A stretch of DNA of 32,000 bases from Pirellula staleyi DSM 6068 (GTDB taxonomy: Bacteria; Planctomycetota; Planctomycetia; Pirellulales; Pirellulaceae). Under the pieces are notes generated by a model. It did not search any database. It had not been told where the DNA came from and saw nothing but the letters and a program-made list of their open reading frames with translations. Positions 10,818 to 19,209 of the stretch are shown piece by piece; within the stretch, counting starts at the first letter, position 1; each line of letters begins with the position of its first letter. Location: positions 6,030,001 to 6,062,000 of the forward strand of contig CP001848.1 of the NCBI GenBank assembly GCA_000025185.1, read 5' to 3'. Made by a program: the position numbers and the translations under genes.

Positions 10818-11885
10818 ATGCCCAGCAGCTCCGATCCCTCGCGAACTGTTTCCCGCCGATCAGCCCTTCGTTCGATCGCGCTGGCCGCATCAATGGCGTA
10901 CGGATCGTGCTACGCCAAGAATAGTTTTGCCGCGAAGAAGGACGAAAAAACCGACGCCTCGATCGACAAGGGGCTGAAGTGGGTGGCCAAGACGCAGTCG
11001 TCGCTGGGACACTGGACCGCAGGTGGCTATCCCGCTGCTATGACAGCACTGGCAGGGACCGCCCTCATCGCCTCGGGAAGCACCACCACCCAAGGCCCTT
11101 ATGCCAAGAATATTCGCAAGGCGGTCGACTATCTGCTCGGCAAATTGCGTCAAAACGGACTAATTGGCGATCCTCAAAGCGATAACCGCTATACCTACGG
11201 CCACGGTTTCTCGATGCTCTTCTTGTCGCAAGTGCTCGGCGAAGAAGAGGACGAAGAGCGCCGCGAAGAGCTGATCGAAGCCCTTACCAAAGCTTGCGAC
11301 TTCAGCGGCAAGGCCCAAACACCCTCGGGAGGCTGGGGCTACGTGAGTGCCAAAGATGGCCAAAACTTCGACGAAGGAAGCACCACCATCACACAGGTGC
11401 AAGGACTTCGCGGCTGTCGCAACGGTGGCATCGTGGTGCCAGCCGACATCATCGACCGCGCGAAGGAATATATCTACGGCTGCAAGAACGCCGACGGCGG
11501 AATTTCGTACAGTTCAAAGAATCGTGGCAGCAGTCGACCGGCGATCACCGCCGCTGCTCTAGCGACGCTCTACAACGCCGGGGATTACGACTCCAAGCAT
11601 GTCCCCGAGATGCTCGAATATTGCAAAAAGAATCTCACGAATCTGAGCGAAGGGCCGAACTCGTTCGGTCACTGGCACTACACCTACCTGTATTACTCGC
11701 AGGTGATGTACCGCACCGGCAATAAAGAGTGGGAACCGTTCCGCGACAAACTCTACGGAAAAATCATCGCCGAACAAACGGGCGATGGAAGCTGGACCGG
11801 CAATATCGGTCCGATCTATGTGACCGCCTGCAATCTGGTGATGCTGCAACTCGACAAAGCCTATTTGCCAATCTATCAGCGTTAG
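10818..11885 (+). CDS. Tat-signal prenyltransferase / squalene-oxidase (terpene cyclase-like alpha/alpha toroid) repeat protein
   Basis: Twin-arginine signal (SRRSALRSIALAASMAYG). Repeated G-rich toroid repeat motifs are present: SLGHWT, GGWGYV, DGGISYS, DGSWTGN. Confidence 0.7.
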   Translation: MPSSSDPSRTVSRRSALRSIALAASMAYGSCYAKNSFAAKKDEKTDASIDKGLKWVAKTQSSLGHWTAGGYPAAMTALAGTALIASGSTTTQGPYAKNIRKAVDYLLGKLRQNGLIGDPQSDNRYTYGHGFSMLFLSQVLGEEEDEERREELIEALTKACDFSGKAQTPSGGWGYVSAKDGQNFDEGSTTITQVQGLRGCRNGGIVVPADIIDRAKEYIYGCKNADGGISYSSKNRGSSRPAITAAALATLYNAGDYDSKHVPEMLEYCKKNLTNLSEGPNSFGHWHYTYLYYSQVMYRTGNKEWEPFRDKLYGKIIAEQTGDGSWTGNIGPIYVTACNLVMLQLDKAYLPIYQR

Positions 11886-11926
11886 ATTGTCGGGCCGAGC
11901 AAACTAAGCGGTGATCATCAACCCGA

Positions 11927-13456
11927 TCACTGCTGGGCTCGATCATGCATGATGGCTTCGACCAGCCCTGCCATGGTGTAGAGCGTGGCTTCAACAGCGA
12001 CTTCGTGCCCCAAGCTTCGAATGGTCGCACTCGTAATCGGGCTGAGTGAAGCTAGTTTGGCACTCCGTAGCAAATCGCCATATCGGTTCACCAGCGAAGT
12101 GGCGATCGCCGAACTGGTGACGGAGATGTAGTCGATCTTTCTCTCAGTGAGCCTCTGGACTACGAGCGGATCGGGCACAAGGTTATCGACACTTTCATAC
12201 GCGACCACTTGCTCGACCCCTGCGCCCGAGTTGGCTAGTAGTTGAGGCAGAACCTCGCGACCGCGGCTAGCCCGCACGATTAAGACTCGCTTGCCAGCCG
12301 CTTCAGGGGCGAGCATTGCTGCGAGCGATTCGGCCTCGAAGTTCTCGGGTACGAGATCGGCGCGGAGATGCAATTTTTCGAGTGCCGCTGAAGTACCGCT
12401 CCCCACAACTGCCAGCCGAATGTGGGCGAGTTTACGCAGGTCGTAGCCGAGCGAAATCAGCTGCTCGAAGAATTTCTCAACACCACTGGCGCTCGCAAAC
12501 ACGAGCCAGTCGTAAGTTTCGAGTGTGTGAATGGCCTGCACCAGCGGCGCTGAATCCTCGGGCATTCCGATCACGATCGCAGGATCGAGCAGTACCGCAG
12601 CTCCGAGTTCTTCGAGCGGCCGCGCGAGAGATTCCGCTTGCTGTGCGGGGCGTGTAACGAGCACTGTCGTTCCAAAGAGTGGGCGACGATCGAACCAGGT
12701 GAGTTCGTCGCGCAGGTTCACCACTTCTCCGACGATGAACACAACGGGTGGTCGCAGACCGGTTTGCTTGACGAACTGCGCGACGTCGCCAAGCGTGGTG
12801 AGATGAATCGACTGATCGGGAAAGCTTACACGGCGCACAATGGCGATCGGAGTCGATGCTGGTTTGCCTTCGCTCAGTAAATCGCGCGACCACTCCCCTG
12901 CGGAAGTTACCCCCATATAGAAGACAATGGTTCCCGGAAACTGCGCGAGTTTTTTGTAATCGACTGCAGGCCCTTCTTTGTCGGCTTTTTCGTGACCGGT
13001 GACGAGCGCGACAGCCGACGCATGATCGCGATGCGTAATCGGAATGCCAGCGAAACTAGCTGCGGCGATGGCGGCTGTGATGCCCGGAACCATCTCGAAC
13101 TCGATCGCTGCCTGACGCAGTGCCAGGCACTCTTCAGCGCCGCGAGCAAACACGGCAGGATCGCCACTCTTCAGCCGCACAACTGCGTTACCCGCGCGTG
13201 CATAAGCAATCAGATGCGCGTTGATTTCGTCCTGCGGCCAGATGCGGCTGCGGCCATGCTGCCCCAGGCAAACCAGCTTCGCTTCGGGGCGACAATGACG
13301 GAGCAGAACAGGGTTCACCAGATAGTCGTACATCACCACATCGGCCAGCGCGAGGCATTGCTGGCCGCGCAATGTGAGTAGTCCTGGATCGCCAGAACCA
13401 CCGCCGACGAGATAGACCTTACCTGTGGATCCGCTGGGCTCCATGAGCCAACTCAC
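11927..13456 (-). CDS. cobA: uroporphyrinogen-III C-methyltransferase fused to uroporphyrinogen-III synthase (CobA/HemD)
   Basis: The N-terminal half is SUMT (VYLVGGGSGDPGLLTLRG, VVRLKSGDP). The C-terminal half is HemD-like (TTVLVTRPAQQAESLARPLEELGA). Start is the GTG at 13456; an alternative in-frame ATG is at 13444. Confidence 0.9.
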   Translation of the reverse strand: MSWLMEPSGSTGKVYLVGGGSGDPGLLTLRGQQCLALADVVMYDYLVNPVLLRHCRPEAKLVCLGQHGRSRIWPQDEINAHLIAYARAGNAVVRLKSGDPAVFARGAEECLALRQAAIEFEMVPGITAAIAAASFAGIPITHRDHASAVALVTGHEKADKEGPAVDYKKLAQFPGTIVFYMGVTSAGEWSRDLLSEGKPASTPIAIVRRVSFPDQSIHLTTLGDVAQFVKQTGLRPPVVFIVGEVVNLRDELTWFDRRPLFGTTVLVTRPAQQAESLARPLEELGAAVLLDPAIVIGMPEDSAPLVQAIHTLETYDWLVFASASGVEKFFEQLISLGYDLRKLAHIRLAVVGSGTSAALEKLHLRADLVPENFEAESLAAMLAPEAAGKRVLIVRASRGREVLPQLLANSGAGVEQVVAYESVDNLVPDPLVVQRLTERKIDYISVTSSAIATSLVNRYGDLLRSAKLASLSPITSATIRSLGHEVAVEATLYTMAGLVEAIMHDRAQQ

Positions 13457-13569
13457 TCGCTTCTACCCACGCACTGGGCTCGGAATCGCGCCGCTGGGGC
13501 AACTTCCGTTTACAATGATCGACCGTCCTACCACCACCCTTTCGCACAATCGTAATCGACTCCTTCGCG

Positions 13570-14931
13570 GTGCCTACCCCAAGCAACAAACCGAGCGGTC
13601 CTAAAGCGGGCGGGCGCGACCCTGCGCGAGCCCATACCATTGCCGAGCGCAGAGCGCTGCAAGACAAGTATTTACGAGCCGTTCAGCTGCGGAATGGTTC
13701 GCGAAAACAGATCGAGCAAGCCCTGCAATTGCTGCAGTCCTGCATGATGGAAGACCCAGGAAACCTGCTTTATGTTCAGGGGACTATCGACACCGCCGCT
13801 CAGCTAGTCCCGATGCGCTGGCAGTTTCTCGCCCGTTTTCGTCGCTGGATTTTACTGGGGGAGGTTGAGAAAGCTGCCCAAGACCCGCGACAACTTTTGG
13901 CCCTCGCCCCGCGCGTGGCTGAACTGGCCATGGACCATGTTCCCACGCTTCTATCGCTGGCGATGGCCGCTGCCGAGGTCGATTTGGCGGTGGTCGGCGC
14001 GCTCTATGCCCGAGCGGCTCAGCGAGCGGCTGAAGGCGATGCCAAACTCGAAGCCGAAGTGGCCAGCACGTTACGTAAATTGGGGCTGTTCGACGATGCA
14101 GCGGGAAGTTTACCGATCGCGATTCGTCACGATCTTGCGCCCCGCGTTCCAGTATCTAATAGCCCTGCCCCGCCGCACACACGCGACGAGTATTTAACGA
14201 GAGCAGAGCAGCTCGTTTCCGCTGAGCAGTTCGACGAAGCTCAGAGGGTTTTGGCCGAAGCCCAGTCGGCCCACGGCAGCGACCTGGCGATCCGTCATGC
14301 CGCCGAAGAAGTGATCCTCGCTAAATCGCGTCACCGGCTTTCGCTGGCTAAGCTCGAACATGAATCAGCCCCCGGCGAAATCACCGCGAAGCTGGTTGCG
14401 GAACTTGCCGCTGACCTAGCACGCGAGGAAATCCGTGTGTTTGGCAGCCGCGCCGAGCGACATCCGGGAGATCGCTCGCACGCCCTACGGCTCGGCGAAG
14501 CTCTCGCACGAGCAGGCAATCATCGCCAAGCAATCACTTGGCTGGAAACTGCCAGCCTCGATCCGGCCCAAAAAGCGCTGGCCCAGACGCTCCTCGGCGA
14601 GTCGCTGCAGAGCCTGAAATTGTTTGAAAAAGCGGTCGCCAGCTATCGCCTTGCGGTGGCCGCATCCGAGCCCCACCTACGAGACATAAACTATTCTAAG
14701 GAAAGCACTTGGGCGCGATGTCGCTATCGACTTGCGGTGCTCCTGGCAGCGATGAATTCGGAGCGTGAAGCCCTCGATCTGCTCGAAGAAGTAGCCCGCC
14801 TGCAGCCGGGCTACAAACAGACCTCTGGGCATCTGGACAAACTCCGCCTGATCTGCCATAAAGAGGAATTCCCTCACAGTCAATCTGCTGCGGCGGATCG
14901 TGCTGCGAATGTTCCCAGGGAAGATTCGTAG
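13570..14931 (+). CDS. TPR-like helical repeat protein, function unknown
   Basis: Long ORF with a GTG start and Ala/Leu-rich helical repeats. The C-terminal part is TPR-like (ALRLGEALARAGNHRQAITWLE; LFEKAVASYRLAV; EREALDLLEEVARLQPGY). No catalytic motif was recognised. Confidence 0.55.
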   Translation: MPTPSNKPSGPKAGGRDPARAHTIAERRALQDKYLRAVQLRNGSRKQIEQALQLLQSCMMEDPGNLLYVQGTIDTAAQLVPMRWQFLARFRRWILLGEVEKAAQDPRQLLALAPRVAELAMDHVPTLLSLAMAAAEVDLAVVGALYARAAQRAAEGDAKLEAEVASTLRKLGLFDDAAGSLPIAIRHDLAPRVPVSNSPAPPHTRDEYLTRAEQLVSAEQFDEAQRVLAEAQSAHGSDLAIRHAAEEVILAKSRHRLSLAKLEHESAPGEITAKLVAELAADLAREEIRVFGSRAERHPGDRSHALRLGEALARAGNHRQAITWLETASLDPAQKALAQTLLGESLQSLKLFEKAVASYRLAVAASEPHLRDINYSKESTWARCRYRLAVLLAAMNSEREALDLLEEVARLQPGYKQTSGHLDKLRLICHKEEFPHSQSAAADRAANVPREDS

Positions 14932-14998
14932 GCCACGCCAACACGAGCAGCGGCCCTGAGATAAGTTTCGTCACCAGTAATTAGCAGTTTGCACAGCC

Positions 14999-15280
14999 AT
15001 GCCAACGACCAAGAGCGCCAAGAAGCGACTTCGCCAAAGCAACGAAAAGCGGGCGATCAACCGTGCCACCAAGTCGTCCGTGAAGACCCAGATTCGCAAG
15101 GTGCGCGAAGCCGTTACCGCTGGCGACTTCACAACAGCCACGACGGAATTCAACAAGGCTGCGAGCAAACTCGACCGCGCCGGTGCCAAGCGAGTGATTC
15201 ACCCGAACGTCGCCTCGCGTACCAAGTCGCGTCTGTCGGCGATGCTCAAGAAGGCCAAGGCTGCCAAGCCAGCCACCTAA
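14999..15280 (+). CDS. rpsT: 30S ribosomal protein S20
   Basis: MPTTKSAKKRLRQSNEKRAINRATKS...IHPNVASRTKSRL is a typical S20 sequence of 93 aa. Confidence 0.95.
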   Translation: MPTTKSAKKRLRQSNEKRAINRATKSSVKTQIRKVREAVTAGDFTTATTEFNKAASKLDRAGAKRVIHPNVASRTKSRLSAMLKKAKAAKPAT

Positions 15281-15386
15281 GTGGGTCGGGTAGGTCGAAC
15301 CGGCCAGCCAAAGTCCGAGCCTTACTGACTCGAAAAACGGCCGACCCAATTTCGCCACACCACCCTCGATTCGCCTGAAACCCAAA

Positions 15387-15425
15387 GCCTGCTCAGCGAT
15401 TCACCTTCGTGAGCGGGCTTTTTTC
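15387..15425 (+). terminator. Rho-independent terminator after rpsT
   Basis: 9-bp stem GCCTGCTCA / TGAGCGGGC (one G-U pair), followed immediately by TTTTTT at 15419-15424. Confidence 0.7.
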
Positions 15426-15537
15426 GTGCGCCTCTGGTAAGAGAAATCAGATAGAGCCATAGAGCGCCATGGCACTCGCTTGTCCGCCCAATCAGGCAGC
15501 CGACTCATTGGACGGAGCGGAAAAAAATCAGCGAGAG

Positions 15538-16398
15538 TTACCAGACAATCTTTTCTGCAGGGAAGACCGGGCCTTCGACACAAGTCCGTTTATAGTCCCA
15601 CTCCCCCTGCTCATCGCGCACTTTGGCGACGCAGGTAAAGCAGATCCCAATCCCGCAAGCCATCGGGGTTTCGAGGGAAACCTCGCAGTCGATTTGGGCT
15701 GCGATCGCGATTTCGCTCACGGCGTGCATCATCGGTTCTGGGCCGCAGCAAAGGACTCGCAAGCGGGCCCCTGCTGGCTTCTCAGCAATCACCTGCTGGA
15801 GCAGATCGGTGACACGACCATGATGGCCCCGCGAGCCATCGTCGGTAGCAAGTCGCAGGTCGATCCCCGTAGCTTCGAATTCAGGAATTCCCGCAAACAG
15901 ATCGGCAGAACGGGCACCGTAGAGCAGCGAGACATTCGCAATTGGCTCGGCATAGCGCACCGGATTGCCAAAAGCTCGCTGGCCGAGTGCTTCGAGCGCA
16001 ACTAGCAAAAACGGAGTGTACCCAATCCCACCTGCCACCATCACGAGATGATCGCAAGACTTAGGAAGGAAGCCGTTGCCGAGCGGCCCCCAAATGTCGA
16101 TCAGTTGGCCAGGAGCCAGGGTCGAAACGCGTGAAGTGAGCTTCCCTTTTTTCAGGTACACCACGTCGAGCGTTTGCCCGTCGGTATCAAAGACCGCGAG
16201 TGGTCGGCCGATGAGTGGATCGCTCACTCCCGCCTGCCGAATCATCACAAACTGCCCGGGAAACGCTTGGGAAGCGATGTCCGGAGCATCGAGACGCAGG
16301 AGAAATGTGTCGCGAGCAAGTTGTCGCTGAAGGACAATCGGCACCGTTCTTTGCACGGCTGAATCGGCATAACAACTGGCGTGCACCGGGCTGTTCAT
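15538..16398 (-). CDS. pyrK: dihydroorotate dehydrogenase (class 1B) electron-transfer subunit PyrK-like FAD/[2Fe-2S] protein
   Basis: FPGQFVMIR, RPLAVFD, GGIGYTPF, CCGPEPMM, and the C-terminal cluster motif MACGIGICFTCV. Its start ATG overlaps the rluB-like stop by 4 nt (ATGA). Confidence 0.88.
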   Translation of the reverse strand: MNSPVHASCYADSAVQRTVPIVLQRQLARDTFLLRLDAPDIASQAFPGQFVMIRQAGVSDPLIGRPLAVFDTDGQTLDVVYLKKGKLTSRVSTLAPGQLIDIWGPLGNGFLPKSCDHLVMVAGGIGYTPFLLVALEALGQRAFGNPVRYAEPIANVSLLYGARSADLFAGIPEFEATGIDLRLATDDGSRGHHGRVTDLLQQVIAEKPAGARLRVLCCGPEPMMHAVSEIAIAAQIDCEVSLETPMACGIGICFTCVAKVRDEQGEWDYKRTCVEGPVFPAEKIVW

Positions 16399-18830
16399 CG
16401 ACGCTTCTTTCCTCGGCTCTTGGAAGTCGAATTAATCACGCGGCCCTTACGTTCCTGAGGGGGTCCGCCGCGACCAGCGCCGGCTCGACCACCTCCTCGC
16501 GATCCTCGGGAACTCTCGCCGCCACCTTCACCACCCATGGATTTACCGGCGAAAGGTTTTCCGCCACGAACTCCAGGACGTCCCGATGGACGGCCTCGAC
16601 CTCCAGTAGGGCGACCTTCGCCGCCGCGCGATTCTCCACCGCGGGCATCACCTCCACGACCACCGGAAAAGCCTGTGCCGTAGCCGCTGCCACCACCGTC
16701 GCGCACCTCTTCACGAGGTCCACCACGGAACGGACGACCGCCACCCTTTCCGAAACGACGGCCTTCAGCGGGGCGACCTTCGCCCGACTCCACCCCCTCT
16801 TCACGCGAGCGGAATCCGCCGGGACGACCACCAGGCCGGCCTCCGGGACGAGCCCCGGGGCGACTTGGTCTTCCGCCAGGGCGTCCTGCTGGACGACCAC
16901 CATCGCGACCTTCAGCACGTCCTTCCGGGCGACCTTCGCTGCGAAACTCGCTCCGAGCCCCTTCGGGACGAGGTCCCGTCGGTTTACGACCAGGTCGACC
17001 GCCACGAGTTGGGCGACGTGGACCGCCACCAGCATCGTTTTGGTAGCCACTTTCGGAATATTCACCGGCTGGCTTCCGAGGTGGCCGACCCTCACCACGC
17101 GCGGGACGCTCGCCACGCTGTGGTCGTTCTCCGCGGGCTGGACGCTCACCTCGGCCGGGTCGATCACCGCGTGATGGTCGATCCCCCTGAGGAGCACCTT
17201 CAGCGCGAGCGGGACGTTCGCCACGACTTGGTCGTTCACCACGTGCAGGGCGATCCGTGCGAGCGGGACGATCGCCACGCGGTGGACGATCACCTCGAGG
17301 AGCACGATCGCCACGCGGAACCCGTTCGGCACGAGGTGCACCTGCGGGAGAACGCTTCGAAGTGCGCCGTGCAGGTGGCTCATCCCCATCTTCGTTTCCG
17401 AGAGAATCTTCGATATCCCCCGTCAATGCGGCGGTTTCGCTTGCAGCAGGCGCTTCGTCGTCTTCGTACGAAATCACGTTCGCGCGGCGATTACGAGGTC
17501 GTTCGAAACTACCATCCGCCAAATCGAGCGACAGGTCGGAAGCGAGTAATTCTTCGTCGGCCACTTCATCGGCATCGCTCACATCGAGCGGAGCTTCGAA
17601 ATCATCCGACTCGTAGCGAGCATCGTCGTCGGCCTCTGCGGAGTCCTCTTGCGAGTCGTCGCCGTAATGGTCCTCCATTTCGAAGTCGTCGTCGAGTTCG
17701 TCGCTCACCAGCATGTCGTCGAGATCGCTCTCGTCGTCAAACGGTGTGGCGTTCTTTTTGCCCGACTTGCCAGCTGGTTTGGAGGCTGGATGACGTGGAG
17801 CCAGGTCCATCGTCTCGTCCGACGATAGGCCGGTCTCTTCGTCGCCGAGCAAATCGTCGAGCGAGAGCGGCTTGTGAGCTTGCGGCAACGTGCGGAGCAC
17901 TTCTTCCGAAGGTCCTTGCTCGTCGCGAATTGCGCCAGCCGACTTGGCTGGCTTTTTGGGAGCAGCTTTGCCGTCGGCTGTGGTGGCGGTGGCCGATTTC
18001 CCCTTTTTGTTTTCTTTCCGCCGAAGGCGTGCCTCGCTCAGCAGACGCTCGATCTCTTGTTTATCGAGCCAACGCCAGGCGCCGAGGGGAAGTTCGCCGA
18101 GTTTAAGACTGCCAACGGCGAGTCGCTTGAGCTTGAGCACCTTGTGGCCAATGCGGGCCAAAATGCGGCGGATTTCGCGGTTTTTGCCTTCCGACAGCTG
18201 AATCACCATGTCGGTGCTTTGCTTATGGCGGCGTTTGACTTGGATGGCGTCGACCTTGCAAAAGCCATCGGACAAGTGAATACCACGACGCAACTTGGCG
18301 AGTTCAGCGGTGCTCGCTTCGCCAGCGACGCGGACGAGGTAGGTCTTCGTAACGCCATAGCGAGGGTGGGTGACGCGGTTGGCAAACTCGCCATCGTTGG
18401 TGACGATGATCAGCCCTTCGCTAGCGCGGTCGAGACGACCGACGGCAAACACCCGTTCATCGGTTGGCACGAGGTCGATCACACGGGTCCGTCCAGCCTG
18501 ATCGTAGTTGGTGGTCACTACCCCTTCAGGTTTGTTGACCACGAAGTAAAGCCGCTGTGGTTTGCGGAGCGCTTCGCCGTCGACGCGAATCGTTTGCTTC
18601 ACCGGATCGACGCGGGTACCAAGCTCGGTGACAACCTTGCCATCGACATCGACACGCCCTTCGGTGATCAGTTCCTCGCAGTCGCGGCGGCTGCCGATGC
18701 CTGCCGCAGCGAGCACCTTTTGCAAACGCTCGGCGACCACACCATCGGGACCGATCTGTTTTTCGGGAGCATTCTTGCTGCGCGACTGCGAGCGCGAGGA
18801 GGTACGATAATTCGGTTTACGACGATTCAT
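16395..18830 (-). CDS. rluB: RluB/RsuA-family 23S rRNA pseudouridine synthase with ~545-aa low-complexity C-terminal extension
   Basis: S4 domain (RLQKVLAAAGIGSRRDCEELITEGRVDVDG) and catalytic core (AVGRLDRASEGLIIVTNDGEFANRVTHPRYGVTKTYLV) lie within aa 1-265. The remaining residues are acidic and then Arg/Gly/Pro-rich. Confidence 0.87.
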   Translation of the reverse strand: MNRRKPNYRTSSRSQSRSKNAPEKQIGPDGVVAERLQKVLAAAGIGSRRDCEELITEGRVDVDGKVVTELGTRVDPVKQTIRVDGEALRKPQRLYFVVNKPEGVVTTNYDQAGRTRVIDLVPTDERVFAVGRLDRASEGLIIVTNDGEFANRVTHPRYGVTKTYLVRVAGEASTAELAKLRRGIHLSDGFCKVDAIQVKRRHKQSTDMVIQLSEGKNREIRRILARIGHKVLKLKRLAVGSLKLGELPLGAWRWLDKQEIERLLSEARLRRKENKKGKSATATTADGKAAPKKPAKSAGAIRDEQGPSEEVLRTLPQAHKPLSLDDLLGDEETGLSSDETMDLAPRHPASKPAGKSGKKNATPFDDESDLDDMLVSDELDDDFEMEDHYGDDSQEDSAEADDDARYESDDFEAPLDVSDADEVADEELLASDLSLDLADGSFERPRNRRANVISYEDDEAPAASETAALTGDIEDSLGNEDGDEPPARRTSKRSPAGAPRAERVPRGDRAPRGDRPPRGDRPARTDRPARGERPSRGERPARAEGAPQGDRPSRGDRPGRGERPARGERPQRGERPARGEGRPPRKPAGEYSESGYQNDAGGGPRRPTRGGRPGRKPTGPRPEGARSEFRSEGRPEGRAEGRDGGRPAGRPGGRPSRPGARPGGRPGGRPGGFRSREEGVESGEGRPAEGRRFGKGGGRPFRGGPREEVRDGGGSGYGTGFSGGRGGDARGGESRGGEGRPTGGRGRPSGRPGVRGGKPFAGKSMGGEGGGESSRGSRGGGRAGAGRGGPPQERKGRVINSTSKSRGKKRR
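17082..17336 (-). repeat. imperfect 18-nt tandem repeat array (about 13 units) encoding x-[DE]-R-[PA]-x-R hexapeptides inside the rluB-like gene
   Basis: The translation reads AERVPR GDRAPR GDRPPR GDRPAR TDRPAR GERPSR GERPAR AEGAPQ GDRPSR GDRPGR GERPAR GERPQR GERPAR. Confidence 0.8.
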
Positions 18831-19209
18831 GGCAAACGGTGTCCGGCAACAGCTGCTTTTCGGTAAGCAGTCAAAGGAAGAAGGTCGCCGTGCAAAGAGC
18901 CGAAGAGCAAGCAGAGACCTCGAGTAAGTCCTTTAGTTTAACGGCACAGGGCGACTTCCCCCAGGGTCATGTGGGGGAATCTTGCGGCAAGATCGGCAAA
19001 CACGGCAAGTTCGTCAGGCTCCTTTAAAACGACACAACCCCACGCCGAGCGTTGCCGATGGAAGTCCTAGGCGTGCGCTCCCAATCTCTACCTGGGTCGC
19101 ATTCCGCCCACACCAGACACCCCTAAGGAGGTATTTTCTCCTTCGTGGTCGGCTGCTGCGGGCTCCTACCGACGAAATCAAAGACTCCAGGCCAACGATA
19201 GGTGATCGC

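Noticed and set aside
7113-11885. tRNA-Lys as an integration site, with the downstream genes as a genomic island.
   Set aside because: There is no integrase and no direct repeat of the tRNA 3' end; the best match was an 8-nt CGATCTCA near 9230. I saw no obvious compositional break, and the downstream genes are ordinary metabolic types.
16215-18866. Long ORFs overlapping the rluB-like gene on the opposite strand or in other frames: 16215-17174 +, 16436-17389 -, 16865-18106 + (413 aa), 17874-18866 +.
   Set aside because: Their translations are Arg/His/Ser/Thr-rich low-complexity strings with no motifs. They are the expected by-product of GC-rich repeat DNA lacking stop codons. The rluB frame has clear S4 and catalytic motifs.
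19124-19143. Perfect TAAGGAGGT embedded in the hairpin AAGGAG-gtatttt-CTCCTT, 78 nt upstream of the secreted-protein start; possible upstream ORF or sequestered ribosome-binding site.
   Set aside because: No ATG, GTG or TTG lies at a workable 5-9 nt spacing. The nearest GTG is 14 nt away and would give only an 18-aa peptide. This is too speculative without transcript data.
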